Shown: positions 56,967-64,000 of the stretch, piece by piece
Position numbering within the stretch: the first letter of the stretch is position 1
Layout: each line of letters opens with the position of its first letter
NCBI GenBank assembly: GCA_964035575.1
Contig: OZ037840.1
Coordinates: 1,798,001-1,862,000 of the forward strand
DNA length: 64,000 nucleotides
Source of the DNA: Rhynchopus sp. YZ270_cl-10
Taxonomy: Eukaryota
Direction: 5' to 3'
Program-made: the position numbers and the translations under genes
Notes under the pieces: generated by a model
The model's database searches: none
Seen by the model: only the letters and a program-made list of their open reading frames with translations
Told to the model about the DNA's origin: nothing

Positions 56967-58283
56967 ATGGACATCTATGCCTCGTGTGGCCCTCATATGT
57001 ACACTGTGCAGTGCGAGCCTGACTGGTGTGTCCGGACGCTGATGCAGGCAGTGAAGACCACTGCGGGGATGAAGCGCGGACGCATCTCGCTGCACCACGA
57101 CGGGGAACTGCTGCAGGAGAGCTGCCCCCTGGGCAACACAGGGCTGACAGATGGGAGCCTTGTGCAGATCTGTATCGAGACCCCACACGACGTGGACACG
57201 CATGTGGGTGCACAGAAGGAGTGCCGGCGTCTGCACATCAAAATCGGACGGGACGCCTTCGTGAATGCGATCGCACACAGAAACATGGAGCGCATCGAGT
57301 TGCTGCTGGCCACAGGTGAGGACCTGCGTAGCATGCGGAGGTGTATCAAGACGCCGTTGATGGTTGCGGTGAGGCACCGTCACTGCGACATTGCGGAGAT
57401 GCTGCTCAACAGGGACTTCCCTGTGGATGAGGTCACCAACACGTGGCACACGAAGTACACTGGGCCTACTCGAAAGAGCAAGAGGAGCAACGTGAACGCA
57501 CTGTACTTCGCGGTGCGCAACGTGGATGTCGACATGGTGCGTCTGCTTCTGCGGCATGGCGCTTTAGACGGAAACGCCAGTGACCTCTTTGTAGGTCCTC
57601 GGAAAGAGAGTCCTCTTGTGACGCTGGCAGGCATCTGCGGGAAGAAGGGCGTGCGTGATGAGGACGTGCTGCGTGTGTGGGATGTGCTGTTTCCTGCGTG
57701 GGAACAGTGCTGTGAGAGCAGCGGCGTCCCTTGCACACACTTCAACATACATGAGGAGGAACTGATGATGTACAACGGAGGAAGGAGTCTAGCCGCCTTC
57801 TGTGCGTACGCAGGGAAGTTCGTGCTTCTGGAGCACCTCGTCACGAAGGCGTACGTGGCAGCAAACCCCATCATCGCGTCCAGTGTGCTGTCTGCATGCA
57901 TCTACTGCAGCAGCACGGCAAGCAGCGCTGCTGAACGTTCCCGCTACACAGCAGAGGTGGAACGCCTGCGCAGCATAGGTGCTGCACCGTGCTACGTGCT
58001 GCAGTGGAAGGATATCCAGCGCAACAGAGACCGTGCCGTGGAGGTGCACGAGTACCGGTTCTACGCGGCATTGTACTATCACGATCGCTTGTTCCGGTTG
58101 CCGATCATCAACGGGTGTTGGCTGCCTTTCAGCAAAACGTCGAGCGACATTGTGGAAGGGTTCGACGTTGCCACAGCGAGGGTTGCGGTCGCAGAAGTTG
58201 CGCTGCCAGAAGTCCCGATGACAGAAGAGTACATCACGGAACACGACGTGCGCAAGTCTTTCACACGGAGAGCAATTCGTTGA
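56967..58283 (+). CDS. Ubiquitin-like domain + ankyrin-repeat protein
   Basis: N-terminus ...ISLHHDGELLQESCPLGNTGLTDGSLVQI (Ubl-like); ankyrin motifs TPLMVAV and NALYFAVRNVDVDMVRLLLRHGA. Confidence 0.87.
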   Translation: MDIYASCGPHMYTVQCEPDWCVRTLMQAVKTTAGMKRGRISLHHDGELLQESCPLGNTGLTDGSLVQICIETPHDVDTHVGAQKECRRLHIKIGRDAFVNAIAHRNMERIELLLATGEDLRSMRRCIKTPLMVAVRHRHCDIAEMLLNRDFPVDEVTNTWHTKYTGPTRKSKRSNVNALYFAVRNVDVDMVRLLLRHGALDGNASDLFVGPRKESPLVTLAGICGKKGVRDEDVLRVWDVLFPAWEQCCESSGVPCTHFNIHEEELMMYNGGRSLAAFCAYAGKFVLLEHLVTKAYVAANPIIASSVLSACIYCSSTASSAAERSRYTAEVERLRSIGAAPCYVLQWKDIQRNRDRAVEVHEYRFYAALYYHDRLFRLPIINGCWLPFSKTSSDIVEGFDVATARVAVAEVALPEVPMTEEYITEHDVRKSFTRRAIR

Positions 58284-59331
58284 CACGCAAAGTCGTTACA
58301 CAAGATGTGGTCTTGAATGACCCTGTTCACAGTACTGCGGTCGGTGTGGAGTTCTTTGTACGTCTGTGTTGCCACAGGGTATGTGCGCTGCATCCATTGG
58401 TGTCTGTACAATTTCTTTAAAATGCGGAATGTGTGCTGCGCGACTGACTTTGTTCTTCTAACCTCACAGTGCGCACCATGTTTTCGCAGGTTTGTGCACC
58501 TCTGCAAACAGGCAGAATATTATGCACACTGGTAGTACTACGGTACCCTTTCTTTTTTTGTAGTTTTAGTTGTGTATGACCGAGAGGCATATTCAGCTTT
58601 CAAGTTTCCTTTTCCCCCTTTTATTGTTCATAAATATTGCGTAAATTGAAAAAGACCCCCCGCTGTTGACGTTGTTGTTTTGGACAACGTACCTTTTTTT
58701 GCCTTCTAGAGGTACTCGCTTTTTACACCTTTGATCCCACAAAAATACCGCATCTCGACTTTTTATTCAGGACGGCCTGCTCTCCTGCATTGGAGAAATG
58801 TTGTGAAGGGAATTCGCAACATTTATGGTCATTTATGGTGCTTGTGGATAATCTCTCCCACAGTTCTTGTTAAGCCATGCCTCTTGAGCACCCTCAAGCC
58901 GTCCTACCCACTTTCCGAACACCGCGGCTGCTGCAGACATCAAATGGCAGAGCGCACGAAGAACTAGACCACTGCTCTGACTCTTCTGTTCTTCCTTGTT
59001 CTTTATGTCAATGTGTGGGTCTTTGTGTGACTTACTCACCCAGTAATGAAGAAAAATAAGCTACTCAAACCTTTTGTTGGGGGTGTCCTGACGATAATTA
59101 CCAACGACAGTGCCGTTTTTCTGGAAACAGTTTTAAATTTTTAGAAATGTTGCGGGGGGAAAGTGGCGACTTCACGCGAGTGTTTCTTCATGCCCCACCC
59201 CGTCCACCCACCCAATGAAGAAGCAGATGCAGTCTCTTTGCCCCTTTTTCACGTGTCCTCAGACGGCTGTGCGGCAGTGCAGTCCAATTTCCCACCCACC
59301 CACACACCCACCAGATACATACCGCTATGAT

Positions 59332-60561
59332 ATGGATCGCGACAGATATGCACCGAGTGGCTCACACCTAGACATGGAGGAGATGCGCGAGTTGCAGTAC
59401 CTTCGCGAACTTATGTATCCCAAGATCGACATGGCACTACGTGGCCGTGAGCCCAGAGGACGCGACCCACGTGACGACAGGTTCTCCGACAGGCATGACT
59501 GGCGCGACCGAGACGACCGCGACTCGCGTGATCGCTTTGGCGACCGTTTTGACCTCCCTGGCCCTGCCTTCAGAGACTTCGATGACGCCCCAAGGGGGGG
59601 GTACCACTCGGTGCGCAGGCCTGGTGGGTTGCCTGACTACAAGGAACGTCCCGTGCGCCGCCAGTTGAGCCACCCTCGTGACAGCATGCCACGAGGTGAC
59701 GGACCACCACGTGACGTGCGCCAGACAAGGGACGACCGCAGTAGGGACTTCAACAGAACTAAAGACACTGAGAGGCGCAGAAAGGCCCTGACACCGACTG
59801 GCGTCACCATCCCGAGTGTGATGGCTGCGCAGACCAAGGACGACTACAAAAAGGGGCAGCGGCATGAGAACGAGGTTGGGCGCTTCTTCGAAGCGGCCAA
59901 CAAGGACTACTTGCAGGTCTTCTACATCACTCCATCCACCATTGGGAAGTTGGTGGGGAAAGGAGGCAAGCAGATGCAGCAGATGGGACGGGATTACAAA
60001 GTGGTGTTGCAGGCAAACGATGCGGGGCGCATTGTGGTGCGGGCACGTCATTTGGATGACGTGGAGTCTTGCAGCCTCGAAGTGCGCCGCATCACATCGC
60101 TGTGGGCAGCTTTCGACAACACCGACACGCGGGTCGAAGTGTCGGATGAGGTGAAGATGGGCCTGCTGCACGACAGCGGCCGCTACATGGACGACATCTC
60201 CCGCGAAACAGGCTGCAAGCTCGATGTTGCCCGCAACAGGGATGGCAACTTCGTGCGCGTCATCGGCACCCCCGAAGAACGCGAGGCAGGCCTTGCCGCG
60301 ATCAATAAGTTCGTCGAGAAGTCTGCCATCAACGTCAACGAAACATTCATGTTCCCTCTGGACGCACTGCGACGCTTCATAGGAATAGGAGGTGACCACA
60401 TTGCCGCCTTCGAGAAGAACACCGGGTGTTATGTGAACTCAAACAACGTGCGCGACGAACGTGTTGGCGACCTGGGGCCTCTAGTGTTGACGGCACCGCC
60501 TGAAGTGATGCCCAAGGCGAAGGAGAAGATCCGTGAGCTGCTCAGGGAATGGGGGTACTAA
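59332..60561 (+). CDS. KH-domain RNA-binding protein with Arg/Asp-rich N-terminus
   Basis: IGKLVGKGGKQM and FIGIGGDHI GxxG loops plus a degenerate middle KH domain; start placed at MDRDRY after a CA-rich tract and CAG. Confidence 0.88.
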   Translation: MDRDRYAPSGSHLDMEEMRELQYLRELMYPKIDMALRGREPRGRDPRDDRFSDRHDWRDRDDRDSRDRFGDRFDLPGPAFRDFDDAPRGGYHSVRRPGGLPDYKERPVRRQLSHPRDSMPRGDGPPRDVRQTRDDRSRDFNRTKDTERRRKALTPTGVTIPSVMAAQTKDDYKKGQRHENEVGRFFEAANKDYLQVFYITPSTIGKLVGKGGKQMQQMGRDYKVVLQANDAGRIVVRARHLDDVESCSLEVRRITSLWAAFDNTDTRVEVSDEVKMGLLHDSGRYMDDISRETGCKLDVARNRDGNFVRVIGTPEEREAGLAAINKFVEKSAINVNETFMFPLDALRRFIGIGGDHIAAFEKNTGCYVNSNNVRDERVGDLGPLVLTAPPEVMPKAKEKIRELLREWGY

Positions 60562-62349
60562 CTGCCGATTCAGCCGTGGCGGACGACGTGAGGGTGTGAA
60601 GGATCTGCTGAGAACCAAGCCTTTTTCCCCCTGAACTTGTTTTTTTGTCTATGTTCAGTGTATTGTTAATCATTCTGAGGGGAGGGGGGTCACGGGGGGG
60701 GCGGGGGGGGGCGGGGGGAGGAAGCGTGTCAGTATTTTTTGGTGACTAAGCACGAGAGGCTTAGGATCATCGCATATAAACTTTTCTTTTTTTCTCTCGT
60801 TACCCTGAGGGGTATGCGGGACTATTCCGTGTTGTCGGTCCTCAGGAGGTTAACGTGCCTGCCCCTGCTAAATGCAAGCTAAAACCATGTTATGAAGGGT
60901 GTTTGCACTCGGAGCATGAAACAACGACCAACTGAGGCCAGACTTGCTCTGCTGTGCCTTGGGTATGGGTGGCAGCATTGTCACCCATACCTCGGAGCTT
61001 AATAACCCATGGAGCGTCAGTGCCTGCGTCCCAGAAAAAGGAGTGTGCACTATCAACTTCACCACCCCCCCCCTTTTTTTTGTTTTTATTGTAACGTTTT
61101 CATTTTAACTTCTCTTTTTCTTTTTCTTTTTTTTAGCCTTCTATTCAGTAGAATAGAAATTAAAGGGGGCCCCCGAATAAGTTTACCCCCAAATAATAGC
61201 TATTTAAATTTTTCCCAAATAACTTTTTCCCCCCCAGATTTTGGGTGCCGAAAAAATTACCGAATAACTTCACCCCCACCTCCTTTTATTTTTGGGGAAT
61301 TTTTTTGAAGGTGTTTTTCCGCGAGCACAGCGAGCGGAATTTTTCCCCCCCAATTTTCCCCCAATTTCCCCCCCAATTGGGGGCCCCAAAAATAAGCCCC
61401 CTAATAACCAAGCAAAAATAATAAAGTAAAAACGTGGTTCCAAATAACTTTTTTGGGACGGGGCGGGTCACCCCTTCTATCGAACAAACACTAGTCAGAT
61501 AGACACGAGGGAGCATGGTGTGGCTATGGTCAGTAGTCCAATTGATTATGTTTTTTTTTTGTGCATCAGAAATAATTGTGCAGGATTGGCAGTTAGAAAT
61601 AAAGTTCACAGAACAAAGAAACAAAGGCTTCGTTTGTACTTTTCACTCAATTAAGCCTTACCCCCTCTACGCGCGACCCTCAACACTACACCACACTACA
61701 GGTATTTTACTACTTCACACAAAACAGAAGCAGCAACGCAAGTAAACCCCCTGCACCCTTTCTTCTCTCTGCCTGTGGTTTGATGCGGCAGAGCATGGCT
61801 CTGTGTGTGGGGTTGGTGCAGGGAAGCATCTACTCGCGGTGACGGACACGTTTGGGACGACGAAGCTTGCGCTTGGCGACAAGGCAGCGTGTGGGAAGTC
61901 GTACCACGTGAGGAGCGGGGACTTCAGCCTCAAAGGAGGGGACGGGGCACCCGTTGTGGGTGCGTGACACTTAACATCCCTCTTGGTTTACCTTGGAGGC
62001 GGCCGTCGTCACGTTGTACACCACCATACGAGACAATCAGGTTGGGCTGGTTCTCTTTGTGGCGTGCACATTTGCTGGATTTACCCTCTGTTTCGGAAGA
62101 GACTCCAAAGATGTCTGCGCACTGTCCTCTCTCTCACGCAGTGTCACCCACGTACTCTTCAAGGTCTTTAAACCCTTGGGTTTTGCAGCATCAACTCTGC
62201 AGTTTTCAATACGGAGTTGCAACCGCGTGTGGTCACGTTTCTGCGTTCGTACGACCTTCCCACCATGATTGCCTCCTTCAGTGTTCTGATGTCCTCTCCT
62301 ACTCCCACAACCCCACCACACAACAGAGCGACACAAAAAATAAGACAAA

Positions 62350-63459
62350 ATGGACGTAACCATCAAGGGGTACGACGACAACTTGTTCATGATCGAGGTG
62401 GGTGTGGATGACACAACGGAGACGATGCGGCAGAAGGTGGCATCTGCAGTGGGGTTGTGCGAAGACAGCTTCCACATGGGCTTCGGAGGGAAGGACGAAG
62501 GAGACGACATCACGCAGCTGAGTGTTGGAGACACAATCATCCTGACGAAAAATATGAAGTACGCAGCCCGAGCAGAGCTTCACGCGTTGGGTGAGACGGA
62601 CATCACTGCAGAGCGGTTGGAGGAGGTGGAGGATCCTGAGGTGGCGTGTTTGCTTCTGCAGGCGGAGGTTGTGACTGTCATTCCGAAAGGATTCTTGTCT
62701 GGTTCATCATTAACGAGACTTGATCTGAGCTCTGTGTCGTGTGTGATGGAAGTTGGTGATAGGTTTCTGAACGGTTGTACAACGTTGACAAGCATCGACC
62801 TGTCAGGGTTGAGCCATGTGACGCGCATCGGTAGCTGCTTTCTCTCCGACTGCAAAGGTTTAACCACTCTGGATCTTTCGCCACTCAGCAACTTGACAGA
62901 CGTCGGTGAAAGCTTTCTCAGCAGCTGCAAAGGCTTAACCACTCTGGATCTTTCAGCACTCAGCAACTTGACGCGCATCGGTAGCTGCTTTCTCTCCGAC
63001 TGCAAAGGTTTAACCACTCTGGATCTTTCGCCACTCAGCAACTTGACAGACGTCGGTGAAAGCTTTCTCAGCAGCTGCAAAGGCTTAACCACTCTGGATC
63101 TTTCGCCACTCAGCAACTTGACAGTAATCGATGGCTGCTTTCTCTACGGCTGCGAAGGCTTAACCACTCTGGATCTTTCAGCACTCAGCAACATGACCGA
63201 AAGCGGTGGTTACTTTCTTTACGACTGCAAAGGATTAACCACTCTGGATCTTTCACCACTCAGCAGGGTTAAGGTTGTTGAGTGCCCATTTCTTCCGAAC
63301 TGCACTTCGTTGAAGAGTATTTACCTTACCGGCTGCAGCAGTGCTGTGTCCAAAGCAGTAGTGAAGTGCGATCTGAGGCATCTTGTGGTTGAAGCACATC
63401 CGAAACGCAGCAGAGACGAATACCCCCAGCAAGCACACAAACGGCAGAGAGCACAATGA
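62350..63459 (+). CDS. Ubiquitin-like domain + leucine-rich-repeat protein (25-aa, BspA-like repeats)
   Basis: N-terminus MDVTIKGYDDNLFMIEVGVDDTTETMRQKVASAVGL; repeats IGxxFLxxCKGLTTLDLSPLSNLT; basic NLS-like tail. Confidence 0.9.
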   Translation: MDVTIKGYDDNLFMIEVGVDDTTETMRQKVASAVGLCEDSFHMGFGGKDEGDDITQLSVGDTIILTKNMKYAARAELHALGETDITAERLEEVEDPEVACLLLQAEVVTVIPKGFLSGSSLTRLDLSSVSCVMEVGDRFLNGCTTLTSIDLSGLSHVTRIGSCFLSDCKGLTTLDLSPLSNLTDVGESFLSSCKGLTTLDLSALSNLTRIGSCFLSDCKGLTTLDLSPLSNLTDVGESFLSSCKGLTTLDLSPLSNLTVIDGCFLYGCEGLTTLDLSALSNMTESGGYFLYDCKGLTTLDLSPLSRVKVVECPFLPNCTSLKSIYLTGCSSAVSKAVVKCDLRHLVVEAHPKRSRDEYPQQAHKRQRAQ

Positions 63460-64000
63460 CGATGAGGTGTGCTGGGGTTTCAGCCTCAGAATTAGCGAGG
63501 TTCGCGGTACCAAGTGGTGGCTCACGTGCCATTTGTGTTTGAGGAAGCCCGCTATGTAGCACAGCACCAAAAGCAAAGCAGCTGTGCCGCGGTCAACGAA
63601 AGCAGACATGGTAGCAGTTTAGTGAGGACACATCAGTTGGCAAATGTTTGTTAAACTTTAAAATGTTTTCGGGAAAAAAAAGTGTGATCTGGGTGAGGAA
63701 GCGTTCCAACTTTTTCAATATCTCACCCATTTTTTCTATTCGCGATTTTTTCCCCACCCCGTTTTTAGAATCAACAGTACATTAGATTTCATGAGGGTAG
63801 CATCGGTTTGTAATGTGGTCCACGTTTTTGTGGGAATTGTCTAGATCTTGATCACAAAGATGAAGATTTGGGCTGTGTACAATGTTTGTCTTCTTTGCCT
63901 TGTCGGGTGTGTTCACTGTATGTGAAACAACTGTGGATCTGCCGGTACGTGCTCTGATGTTTATTCAGTGTGGTGTGTTGTGGTTTTGTTACGCTTTTTA

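Noticed and set aside
61780..62270. Coding-like stretch before the LRR gene
   Set aside because: No frame gives a convincing ATG-initiated ORF or motif; at most a gene remnant.

Overview
Eukaryotic protist nuclear DNA, most likely a euglenozoan such as a diplonemid. This is inferred from all ~21 credible genes lying on the + strand without obvious coding introns, C/A-rich tracts ending in AG before the ATGs, and an expanded set of transmembrane class III cyclase genes. Genes: two paralogous Cys-rich repeat surface proteins; six proteins fusing a divergent N-terminal ubiquitin-like domain to WD40, ankyrin or LRR repeats; one intact adenylate cyclase plus five cyclase-like genes with degenerate catalytic motifs (one broken by an inversion and a frameshift, one by a 1-bp frameshift); a vWA protein with a CaaX box; an acid ceramidase/NAAA-family hydrolase; a KH-domain RNA-binding protein; a duplicated small Cys-rich protein; and a Zn-finger hypothetical protein. 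The AT-rich intergenic DNA holds at least nine non-autonomous TIR elements with readable target-site duplications (TA, TTA, 5 bp, T10). All five long near-perfect microsatellites have units of the form TA...G and lie inside such elements, and two of them share a ~30-bp anchor sequence. There is also a short Helitron/Helentron Rep motif remnant and several short dispersed repeats. No rRNA, tRNA or CRISPR array was recognised.
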